Source: a virus. From it: a stretch of DNA of 64,000 nucleotides. The notes beneath the pieces are model-generated. The model worked only from the letters and a program-made list of their open reading frames with translations, was not told the origin of the DNA and ran no database searches. The position numbers and the translations under genes are program-made. Shown here piece by piece: positions 43,980-52,326 of the stretch (its first letter is position 1; each line of letters begins with the position of its first letter). The DNA lies in IMG/VR virus record IMGVR_UViG_3300031857_000054, positions 1-64,000 of that record. One strand, given 5' to 3'.

Positions 43980-45865
43980 AAAAAATACTTTTGTTTGCGT
44001 TGGGATTGTTTATCCTCACTACTAACTTATTTGCACAAAGTGCAAACACTTCTCCTGGAACTGGGCATTGGGTTGTTATCGACTCAGGTTATCAAGTAGC
44101 TACAACTACTGTAGGTAAAACTGTTGCTCCGTTACATTTCTACAACACTTCTACTAGTGAAAAAATTACAGGTATGCAGTTTCGTGTATTTTACGATAAC
44201 ACTGCATTTACTGGTGTTGTACCTTCTTTGAAGATTTCTACTTCAGATCAGTATCTTCAGTATGTAGATAGTAATTTACAAGGATTTTTAACTGTAACTC
44301 TAGCTTACACAGGTTCTAGTTCTACTTTTAACTATTCTGACGGTGCTACATTTGATTTAACTTTTACTCACGCTGCCGAAGCTATATTTAACAACTTAGA
44401 TTCTATCAAGACTTTGAAAGTTGCAGGTGTGAAATCATTTGCAAATAGAGCTGCTACTAACTGGGGTAACGATACCACTTTGGTTGTCTACTCTTATGGT
44501 GGTCGTTTCAACCAAAAGGTTCTTCGCTTTGCTGCTAAGTTTAAAAACGTTACGGGTTCTGATGCTAAGAATCTTTGGGTATCTTTAGAAAAGAAAGCTC
44601 CTACAGGTTCTTGGACACATGTAGAGTCAAAATCAACTAACTCATTGGGCCACGTAGTATTTAAGAAATTTATTGATACTACCTACTGGGATGTAAGAAT
44701 GGTTGTTAAAGGCGATACAATGACTCCTGGTAACGTATTCTCTACTGCTGATGCACAAAAGATTAACCAAGCAATCCTTGCACAATATACTCCAACAGGA
44801 TTTGACTACTACACTATGGATGTAAACGGAACTAGCGGAGACATTTCTATTGCTGACGTTTACTCTGTATACGGACGTTTGGCAGGAAGATTCTCTTCTT
44901 GGCCCAACTCTAAAAAAGACGTAATGTTCTTTACAGTAGCTGAGTATAATGCTATCAACGGTGCTACTGCTAATCCAACCTCTACTTACGCAACTGTTAA
45001 CAACTTCAACTATTCTATTGACGGTAAAGACTCTATTACTTACTACGTAGCAGTTAAAGGAGACGCAAACTCTACAGGATTTAAAATGGCTCGTTTGACT
45101 CCTATTAAAATTGTTAACCAAGCAAATGCTAAGAACTACATCATTGACAAAACAGTAAGCTATGATGATCCTTCTTTGGAGACAGTAGAAATCAATATGC
45201 CCAAAGTAAAAGTAGAGGATGGCAATTTGGTGAGCGTACCAGTTAAAGTTTTAACTAACGGTAAAGACCTTACTGCTCTTCAGTTAGACCTTAAATATGA
45301 TACTGCTTACTTGTCTTTCAAACAGATTGAAGTAACAGAAAAAATCATGAAGTGGACTGCCTACACAAACCCTTCTAATGGAGTTGTGTCTTGGGGAGGA
45401 GCTGACCTTACAAATGACAATCTGTTAAAAGACGGAGAACAAGTATTTACTCTTCAGTTCATTGCTAAGAAACCACAGGATTCTTGGGCTACAGCAGCCA
45501 TCTGGACAGCAGAAAAGTACGTAGGTGATAACAAGGCTAAGGATATGAACATTAGACCTACTATGGGCATTGTTGAGGTTCGTAGAAAAGGATTGGTATC
45601 TATCAACCAAGTAAGTGACCTAATAGCATTTCCAAATCCTTCAGAAGGTGCTATCCAAGTACAATTCAAGATAGCCGAAGAGTCTGATGTAAACTTGTCT
45701 TTGTACAATGAGGTAGGTCAGTTAGTCCAAAATATTCTAGACAAGCACATGCCTGTAGGAAACTATAAGTATAGTGTAGATTTAGAAAGATTACCTGACG
45801 GAGTTTATATCTTAACTCTTAAAACAGAAAAACAATTCCTAGATTCTAAACTATTAATCATATGA
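43976..45865 (+). CDS. T9SS-sorted protein with two cohesin-like and one dockerin-like domain
   Basis: Signal peptide; ITGMQFRVFYD and LTALQLDLKYD cohesin-like motifs; DVNGTSGDISIAD Ca loop; C-terminal FPNP...LYNEVGQLV...LPDGVYIL...KLLII (T9SS CTD). Confidence 0.82.
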   Translation: MKKILLFALGLFILTTNLFAQSANTSPGTGHWVVIDSGYQVATTTVGKTVAPLHFYNTSTSEKITGMQFRVFYDNTAFTGVVPSLKISTSDQYLQYVDSNLQGFLTVTLAYTGSSSTFNYSDGATFDLTFTHAAEAIFNNLDSIKTLKVAGVKSFANRAATNWGNDTTLVVYSYGGRFNQKVLRFAAKFKNVTGSDAKNLWVSLEKKAPTGSWTHVESKSTNSLGHVVFKKFIDTTYWDVRMVVKGDTMTPGNVFSTADAQKINQAILAQYTPTGFDYYTMDVNGTSGDISIADVYSVYGRLAGRFSSWPNSKKDVMFFTVAEYNAINGATANPTSTYATVNNFNYSIDGKDSITYYVAVKGDANSTGFKMARLTPIKIVNQANAKNYIIDKTVSYDDPSLETVEINMPKVKVEDGNLVSVPVKVLTNGKDLTALQLDLKYDTAYLSFKQIEVTEKIMKWTAYTNPSNGVVSWGGADLTNDNLLKDGEQVFTLQFIAKKPQDSWATAAIWTAEKYVGDNKAKDMNIRPTMGIVEVRRKGLVSINQVSDLIAFPNPSEGAIQVQFKIAEESDVNLSLYNEVGQLVQNILDKHMPVGNYKYSVDLERLPDGVYILTLKTEKQFLDSKLLII

Positions 45866-46212
45866 AACTAAAAGAAAAATTAGGTTTTGGCCAAGCAGAA
45901 CCCGTAGCAGTAGCAGACAACAATCGTTTCTACTACATGTTGCAACAAATGCAAGCCAATCGTTGGAAAATTACAGCTATTGTATTGGGGTTGTTTACCT
46001 TAATCATAGTTGGTATTAATGCTGCTGTCTTTGTAGGAGCTTCTATTGGAGAAGACTGGAAAGAAATGTTACTTATCCTCTTAGGAGCTTTTGTAGGTAA
46101 CTTGAACAAAGTAGTTGACTACTGGTTCAACTCTGAAGATAGAGACAAAATGTTAATACAGAAGGTGGATGAGGAGGATGGTGTATCTTTGTCAAACACA
46201 ACTAATCCATAA
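45862..46212 (+). CDS. Two-TM membrane protein
   Basis: ITAIVLGLFTLIIVGI / LLILLGAFVGNLNKVVDYWF. Confidence 0.75.
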   Translation: MKLKEKLGFGQAEPVAVADNNRFYYMLQQMQANRWKITAIVLGLFTLIIVGINAAVFVGASIGEDWKEMLLILLGAFVGNLNKVVDYWFNSEDRDKMLIQKVDEEDGVSLSNTTNP

Positions 46213-46216
46213 TATT

Positions 46217-46540
46217 ATGTCAGAAGAACAAGAAGAAGGCGGAATGTCTGGTGTAAAGAAGGCAATCATCGGAGCAATTACCACAGCGGTAACTGCAGGT
46301 GGTGCTTGGTTTGCTACTCACTTAGGTGGTGGCGAAGATGAAAAACCAGAAACTCCAGCAGCTGTAGCTGCTCCCGCACCTGTGATTAACATCACTACGA
46401 ACAACGAACAGAAGCAACAGGCAAACACTGGTGGCGGTAATACCGTCATCATTAAGGAAAAGGTAGCACCTGCTGCATCTACTCCTGCCCCTGCTGCTCC
46501 TGCATCTAAACCCCAAGCAGATGAAGAAGATCCTTGGTAG
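46217..46540 (+). CDS. Single-TM Pro/Ala-rich protein
   Basis: Start MSEEQEEGG at 46217; TM segment then PAAVAAPAP linkers. Confidence 0.7.
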   Translation: MSEEQEEGGMSGVKKAIIGAITTAVTAGGAWFATHLGGGEDEKPETPAAVAAPAPVINITTNNEQKQQANTGGGNTVIIKEKVAPAASTPAPAAPASKPQADEEDPW

Positions 46541-47210
46541 CCTACTGTTAATAATCCTTATCTATGGTTGTGGTTCTATGAAGACCACAACCGAGGATGA
46601 GGTTATTGAGAAAAAAGATATTTCTAGCGTGTCTGGATATACTGATTCTATTAAGAAGAACGTACAAGTAATTAGCATGGACATGACTAAAGTGTTGGCT
46701 ATGTACCCAAGTCTTCAAGAGAAAAATGTAGGTTTAGGTTTTGCAGAATCCGTATTAGATTATTTAGATGAAACAAATCGTTTTGTATTTACTGAAGAGA
46801 AGGGTGAAATCAAGGAAAGGATGGTAACTCAATTCAAAGCTTCTAAAAAAGGAGTCTTTGAAGAACCTATTGACGGCAAAGGAAAAATTAAAGCTGCCCA
46901 CTACTTTGTTTATGTAACCGTTGCTGATTTTGCAGTAGACGAGGACGAGACTGTACAAGGTGGAAAAGCTAAAGTAGTGGTAACTACTTTTATCCGTTTG
47001 CAAGTTCGATTTGTAGACGCTAAAACAGGACAAATTTACATTGGTTCTGGTGAAGGCGAATCTATAAAAGTAGGAGAGTCGTTCTTAAAATCTCTAGACG
47101 ATATGAAGTTTTCTCAAAGTACCGTAGGTAAGGCAACACGAAAGTCGCTTGAAACAGCAACTACCAAAGTGATTGAAAACCTTATTAGAAACGGTGTCTT
47201 TAAGAGCTAA
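46521..47210 (+). CDS. CsgG/HfaB-like lipoprotein
   Basis: Lipobox IYG|C; TNRFVFTE, YFVYVTVADF, LQVRFVDAKTGQI. Confidence 0.75.
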   Translation: MKKILGSLLLIILIYGCGSMKTTTEDEVIEKKDISSVSGYTDSIKKNVQVISMDMTKVLAMYPSLQEKNVGLGFAESVLDYLDETNRFVFTEEKGEIKERMVTQFKASKKGVFEEPIDGKGKIKAAHYFVYVTVADFAVDEDETVQGGKAKVVVTTFIRLQVRFVDAKTGQIYIGSGEGESIKVGESFLKSLDDMKFSQSTVGKATRKSLETATTKVIENLIRNGVFKS

Positions 47211-48636
47211 CATATTAATCTTACTATTGAGTATAGGACTGAGTTTAAAAGCTCAGTCCTTTACTTACTCGTACAAAGATCCGTGTACAAAAGAATTAAA
47301 GTTCATTCTTGCTGATATGAACTCTCCGATAGTAATAAGTTACTACGGACAAGTAAAAAACTTCAGTTACACAGAATTGCAGGACGGTACATTTGACGCT
47401 TGGTTAAATTATACTTATGCCAATTACAAAACAACAACCCCATGTCAAGGAGTTTTTGCAACAACTACTACAACTACAAGCACAGCAACTATAACTTCTT
47501 TAGTAAATAATGTGATGAATCTTAACTCTTTAACGAGTTTAGATTTATCTTCGACTTCGCTAGGATCAAGTACTTCAGTAGGAAGTACAACATCTTCTGG
47601 CACAAATGTAAAAAATGACTCTAAAAATGGAAGCTCGAATAACAAAGTTGGTAGTAATGGAAACAATAGTACTACTGATAATTCTGGGAATAATTCTAGT
47701 AACAGTGACCAGTCATCTGGACAAGGGTCCAATACGTCGTCGGAAGGACAAGTAGGCAATGGAAGCAACTCAGGTAATAATTCTAATGGCTCTAATGATG
47801 CTGGGGGTAACTCTGGGAGTGGCTCTAGTTCTTCTTCTAGTGGTGGTGGTAATGGTTCTGGTGGAGGTGGTGGTTCAGGCACCGCAGGTGATAAGAAACC
47901 TGAAGAAAAAACTCCTGAAAAGATAGAAGAACAAAAGAGTGAAACTCAACAAGCAGGTGGAAGTTCGTCTGCAAAAGCCGCTGCTAAAGGGAAAGTAGAA
48001 ACTCAAAAACCAGCTATTCTAGTTACAGGAGATATAGTTGGAGTCCAAACAGTGCAAGATAAAGCACAAGACGCTAGGGCAACAATGTCCTTTACTAGAG
48101 TTAAAGGAGACGGTACTGCCTCTGTTGGACTTGCAGCTGACTATATGGTCAATGCTAAAATAGGAAACTTTAACGGCGTGCGTTCTTGGATGGGCGTTAA
48201 CAAGAAAGGCAACAAACATATCAATGTTCTTTCGGCAGGAATTAACCTCATGCCAAAGTCTTACAACGGTTCTTTGTTGTTTGTAAGGGTAAACTCGCTG
48301 AAGAACTTTACAGCGCTCTACGGAGCCGCCGCATCGTATGGCGAGTTATTTCAAGAAGAAGTTATATCTACCCTACTGATAGGCGGTTTTATGTATAAGG
48401 GACAACTTACTAAACACATAGATGCTACTATTATTGCCGCTAGTGTTTACGCTCCTTATACAAAGTATTACACAGAATCTTTATTTGAATCTCAACCAAT
48501 TATAGTTCCTTTTCTAAACATCAACTACTCACTTACAAAAACTTTTAAGTTCGGACTTACAGGAGGAGGCACGTACATCGCCAATCAGGATGTCGTCAAT
48601 TATCAAATCTTAATGGGAGGTAAGTTAAAGATATGA
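47194..48636 (+). CDS. Exported protein with Ser/Gly/Asn-rich stalk and C-terminal outer-membrane beta-barrel
   Basis: GTG start and signal peptide ending LKA|Q; low-complexity linker; alternating hydrophobic strands ending YQILMGGKLKI. Confidence 0.7.
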   Translation: MSLRANILILLLSIGLSLKAQSFTYSYKDPCTKELKFILADMNSPIVISYYGQVKNFSYTELQDGTFDAWLNYTYANYKTTTPCQGVFATTTTTTSTATITSLVNNVMNLNSLTSLDLSSTSLGSSTSVGSTTSSGTNVKNDSKNGSSNNKVGSNGNNSTTDNSGNNSSNSDQSSGQGSNTSSEGQVGNGSNSGNNSNGSNDAGGNSGSGSSSSSSGGGNGSGGGGGSGTAGDKKPEEKTPEKIEEQKSETQQAGGSSSAKAAAKGKVETQKPAILVTGDIVGVQTVQDKAQDARATMSFTRVKGDGTASVGLAADYMVNAKIGNFNGVRSWMGVNKKGNKHINVLSAGINLMPKSYNGSLLFVRVNSLKNFTALYGAAASYGELFQEEVISTLLIGGFMYKGQLTKHIDATIIAASVYAPYTKYYTESLFESQPIIVPFLNINYSLTKTFKFGLTGGGTYIANQDVVNYQILMGGKLKI

Positions 48637-49835
48637 GATGGCTAGTCATTCTACTCTTGTTTGCAAGTCCTCTGAAGGCTCAATTTACTTATTCTGGATA
48701 CTTGTACAATGCAAACGGTTCGGGCGCCTCTAACGTTCCCGTAAAAATATACAAGAGTACAGCAGGTGCTACTACTAAGTCAGGTACTTTTGCTAAGATA
48801 ACTTCAGGTATTCCTTCAGATAGAGGACGAGGAACTTCAGTACTTCACTCAACTGCTAACACAGATGAAAAGTCTGTGGCTATTACATTTCCTTCTGGCT
48901 TTAGTCCTTCTTACGCAGGAACTAGCTATTCTTCAGGCCACGTTAACGCTAACTCTTGGTTTACTTTTGGAACAAGTTCTAGTACTGGATACAACGGAAA
49001 TGCTACTAGTCCTAATCAACCTACTATCCATATTGGGTCGGTGGATAATGGCTCAACAGATAACAACGTTTCTTATGTATCAACTGAAAGTTACACTGAT
49101 GGAACTTACGGTGATGTGTTTAGAGTAAGATACGAGGGTAACTGTAAGTACAACCAAACGGGAATCAATTATGTTTGGGATTTATACTTTATTAAAAACC
49201 AAGCCTCAAAGCAGATAGTGGTTTGGAGAACATTCACCGCAGACGGTTCCAACCAAGAAATAATGGGTATATCTACAGGTAGTGCTTGGATGGCAAGTAC
49301 TCTCGTTACTACTGGTTCTTTTTCTGGCACTAGTTGGGAGATAAACACAACCTCAACCACTACAACAAGTTCTAATGTACTTGACGCTACTGCATATACT
49401 AACTCATCGGGATACTACTCTTTCTCAAGAACTACAGTAGCAGGTAATCAATTCACTATTCAAGTCGATGCTCCAACTAGGATTCAAGCCTACACAAACT
49501 CAGACATCCAAGCAATATCAGACCTCATCCTCAATAAAGTGGTTAAGACTGGGTTGACTTTTCAGATGTTTGACGTAAACGATGACTCTAAAATAACTGT
49601 AGCAGATAAATACTACGTAGCGGCAAGAAAGGCTGGAAGATTTTCTAAGTGGAGAATAGCACCTGATGTCCGTATCTTTACAACAGCACAATATGATGCT
49701 ATCAAAGCTGCCACAACAAATGTAAGAGGAACTTATCCTGGAGTCAGTACTTATACTACTTCTACTCTTACTTCTGGAGGAAGTTTAAGTCTTTACCTAA
49801 TAGCACCTGGTTATGCAGGACAAGTAACATACTAA
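48633..49835 (+). CDS. Exported dockerin-like protein with inserted beta-rich domain
   Basis: Signal peptide; SGYLY...NVPVKIY / TNSSGYYSF split beta-sandwich; DVNDDSKITVAD Ca loop; C-terminal region homologous to 43976-45865. Confidence 0.75.
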   Translation: MRWLVILLLFASPLKAQFTYSGYLYNANGSGASNVPVKIYKSTAGATTKSGTFAKITSGIPSDRGRGTSVLHSTANTDEKSVAITFPSGFSPSYAGTSYSSGHVNANSWFTFGTSSSTGYNGNATSPNQPTIHIGSVDNGSTDNNVSYVSTESYTDGTYGDVFRVRYEGNCKYNQTGINYVWDLYFIKNQASKQIVVWRTFTADGSNQEIMGISTGSAWMASTLVTTGSFSGTSWEINTTSTTTTSSNVLDATAYTNSSGYYSFSRTTVAGNQFTIQVDAPTRIQAYTNSDIQAISDLILNKVVKTGLTFQMFDVNDDSKITVADKYYVAARKAGRFSKWRIAPDVRIFTTAQYDAIKAATTNVRGTYPGVSTYTTSTLTSGGSLSLYLIAPGYAGQVTY

Positions 49836-49836
49836 C

Positions 49837-50277
49837 ATGAAAAAACTAATCATACTCTTAATCCTAGCATTTGCAGGTTCGTTGAATGCACAATGCTACA
49901 AAATTGACACCGTTAGAAACCACACACAACTAAGAACTATTGCAGGTAGGCCTGTAGACTTTGGTATAGTGGCAACGGCTGAACAACTTATCTCTGCCAA
50001 GTATTCGCTGTGCGATACAGGCATTGGAGTTGACCTTGCAATTAACACAATTGCTATGCCTCAAAGACTAATTAACATTGCAGGGTTGCAGTTTTTAAAG
50101 AGGGACTATGTAGTCAATATGTCCATCACAGCTAATAACATTACACATTATTCTAGGAACGTAAAGACCGTTTATGTCAATGCTATGTTCCTAACTGTAG
50201 AGGACATTCCTCACAACAAAAAAGCATACTCTAGGGCAGTAGAGAAGTGCTTAATAGATTTAGTTAAGGAGTTGTAG
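49837..50277 (+). CDS. Exported hypothetical protein
   Basis: Signal peptide ending SLNA|Q; last gene of the operon. Confidence 0.72.
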   Translation: MKKLIILLILAFAGSLNAQCYKIDTVRNHTQLRTIAGRPVDFGIVATAEQLISAKYSLCDTGIGVDLAINTIAMPQRLINIAGLQFLKRDYVVNMSITANNITHYSRNVKTVYVNAMFLTVEDIPHNKKAYSRAVEKCLIDLVKEL

Positions 50278-50366
50278 CCCGTATTTACTGGGGTTTCCAG
50301 TTATAATCTTATCTTAACTTTAGTTGTTAAGTTTTTAGCTTAACTTACTTAGTTATAACTTTAGAC

Positions 50367-50396
50367 TTGACTTTTTATATTAGGATAGTATATTTG
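50367..50396 (+). promoter_or_regulatory. Host-type promoter for the packaging operon
   Basis: TTGACT at 50367 and TATATTTG at 50389. Confidence 0.65.
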
Positions 50397-50426
50397 CATT
50401 AGTTGTAACAGACAACCAACCATATT

Positions 50427-50807
50427 ATGAAAAAACTTTTGCGAAAGTACCCTGACCCTATTTTAATTCACAGGGATTACATTGATGTCTTGCTGAGGCT
50501 AGCAGGTTATCGCTTATCTGATTTATCAGTAACAATTTTAGCATACTCTAGTTACAGAAAAGCATTGACCTCTGAGACTAAGAAAGAGATTGCGGAAAAG
50601 TTTAACACAAGCATCCAAGTAATTTCTAACACAATCACCAAGTTAAGAAAACAACAGTTATTGTTGAAGAACAACTTGAATCCTAAATTGAAACCAGAAA
50701 ACGACAACCAATCAGCATTAACCATTTATTTTACTCTAGAGCCTAAAACTAAAATAAGAAAAACTGTATTGTCAGAAAGTAACATAACGGAACAGACTCC
50801 TGCATGA
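50427..50807 (+). CDS. HTH DNA-binding protein
   Basis: KKEIAEKFNTSIQVISNTITKLRK. Confidence 0.7.
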   Translation: MKKLLRKYPDPILIHRDYIDVLLRLAGYRLSDLSVTILAYSSYRKALTSETKKEIAEKFNTSIQVISNTITKLRKQQLLLKNNLNPKLKPENDNQSALTIYFTLEPKTKIRKTVLSESNITEQTPA

Positions 50808-51364
50808 GAAAAGACCTTCAAATAGAACTCAAGGTATTTGGATTGTATAGTACGGCAGCCAAAGAGTTAAAGTGCACTAGCTCAGAGGTAGATGAAGTTT
50901 ATTCTTGGTATTTAGGAGAAATCGTAGAATCCCTAAAGAAGACCGAGACCAAACAAGTCTACCTCAAAGGCTTAGGACGCTTAAGAGCTAATCCTGCATG
51001 CATACCAAATATCCTATACTATAATATTGTAAGGTACATAGACATGGCTGGGTTTATGGTAAAGTTCCCAAAATACCACACCAAAAGTAGAGCAAACTTT
51101 ATGACTGTTATCTACGAGAACTACAAAAAACTATACGAAGAGGGTTTGAAGAAGATGGACATTCTTATAAATGAACCTATATTTGATAAGCCTATGTATC
51201 ACAAACAAAGACAAAGGCTAGTTAACTTTAACCAAGACAGATTAGAAAAACTATATGAATCCATTTGCAGACTACATGAAGCTGCTGAAGCAGGGAGTAA
51301 AGAACGCGGACAAGATAATCGAGGGGATCAGCAACAAGACATTGAAAGAATTCAATTTACTTAA
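50804..51364 (+). CDS. HU/IHF-like domain protein
   Basis: N-terminal helices then QVYLKGLGRL. Confidence 0.55.
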   Translation: MRKDLQIELKVFGLYSTAAKELKCTSSEVDEVYSWYLGEIVESLKKTETKQVYLKGLGRLRANPACIPNILYYNIVRYIDMAGFMVKFPKYHTKSRANFMTVIYENYKKLYEEGLKKMDILINEPIFDKPMYHKQRQRLVNFNQDRLEKLYESICRLHEAAEAGSKERGQDNRGDQQQDIERIQFT

Positions 51365-51629
51365 TGAAGATGATCAGAACCGTATCTCAAACCGAATGGA
51401 CATATGTAACGCTTGTCCCTTCAACTCTACTAATGCTAGAGTATCTCCAGAGTACATGGCACTCACGGGTGTCCCATACGCTACTGGAAGAACCGAATCA
51501 CACTGTGCGTTATGTGGTTGTGTAATTGAATTTAAAACATCTTGTTTGAGTTGTAACTGTGGAATAGAAACTTGGAACCAAAGACATCCAGAAAAGAAAC
51601 AAGAACTAAAGTGGACCAAAAAACCTTAA
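51255..51629 (+). CDS. Cys-rich (Zn-binding) protein
   Basis: RMDICNACPF...CALCGC...SCNC...KW. Confidence 0.75.
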   Translation: MNPFADYMKLLKQGVKNADKIIEGISNKTLKEFNLLNEDDQNRISNRMDICNACPFNSTNARVSPEYMALTGVPYATGRTESHCALCGCVIEFKTSCLSCNCGIETWNQRHPEKKQELKWTKKP

Positions 51630-51639
51630 CACCTACTAA

Positions 51640-51799
51640 TATGAAAAAACCATCAATCAAATCAAGAGCTAACAAGGTAGAAAACCTTAAGAAAGCTTTC
51701 CGTATCCTTAACGGTTGCGGAGGAAACAAAGGCACTAAGTGCGGAGTTGAAGTTTACTATATGCCAGCAGATAGTAAGCTACAAGAGATTAAAGCTTAA
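51640..51799 (+). CDS. Small basic hypothetical protein
   Basis: MKKPSIKSR...; start uncertain. Confidence 0.45.
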
Positions 51800-51802
51800 C
51801 CA

Positions 51803-52006
51803 ATGACAAAACAACCAACCAACCGTTTAAAACCTGAGAGTAAACCTACTTTCCAAGACAAGTTATTTCTAGTAACTAAAGTCTTTTGGAAAGCAGGTTA
51901 CTCCTATGGTAAAACAGGAAGGAATGAAGATTTTTATGCTCGTGTACTGGAAGACTTTGCAGTCATGCCTGAAGACGAGTTTATAGAAAAATACGAATCG
52001 CTTTAG
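51803..52006 (+). CDS. Hypothetical protein
   Basis: 67 aa ORF. Confidence 0.6.
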   Translation: MTKQPTNRLKPESKPTFQDKLFLVTKVFWKAGYSYGKTGRNEDFYARVLEDFAVMPEDEFIEKYESL

Positions 52007-52007
52007 T

Positions 52008-52325
52008 ATGGCACAGAAAAAACAATCTTACATCTCAGCTGAACTAGAGTGGGCAGAGGAGAAACTTAGAGAATGGAGACAGTATGTGGATTCAAATCCA
52101 CTACATTCTTTAAAAGACCGAGTAGAATGGAAACCAACTTCTAAAGGTGGTTCTATTCCTATGGTAATTGCTTCTATTGAACAACAGATTAAATCAATAC
52201 GTGATACCATGAAAGAGTATCTTGCTCTTTTAGATGTGGTAGATAAACTTCGTGAGAAAGAAGAAGCCAAACTTGAGATACGTGGTTCTCAAGAAGTTAA
52301 TGGCAAGATGAGTAAATTTATGTAA
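52008..52325 (+). CDS. Putative terminase small subunit
   Basis: Helical 105 aa ORF directly before TerL; inferred from position. Confidence 0.5.
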   Translation: MAQKKQSYISAELEWAEEKLREWRQYVDSNPLHSLKDRVEWKPTSKGGSIPMVIASIEQQIKSIRDTMKEYLALLDVVDKLREKEEAKLEIRGSQEVNGKMSKFM

Positions 52326-52326
52326 T

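Noticed and set aside
47500-48000. Curlin (CsgA-like) amyloid subunit for the CsgG-like protein
   Set aside because: The S/G/N-rich tract lacks periodic QxGxxNxAxxxQ repeats and reads as a disordered linker.
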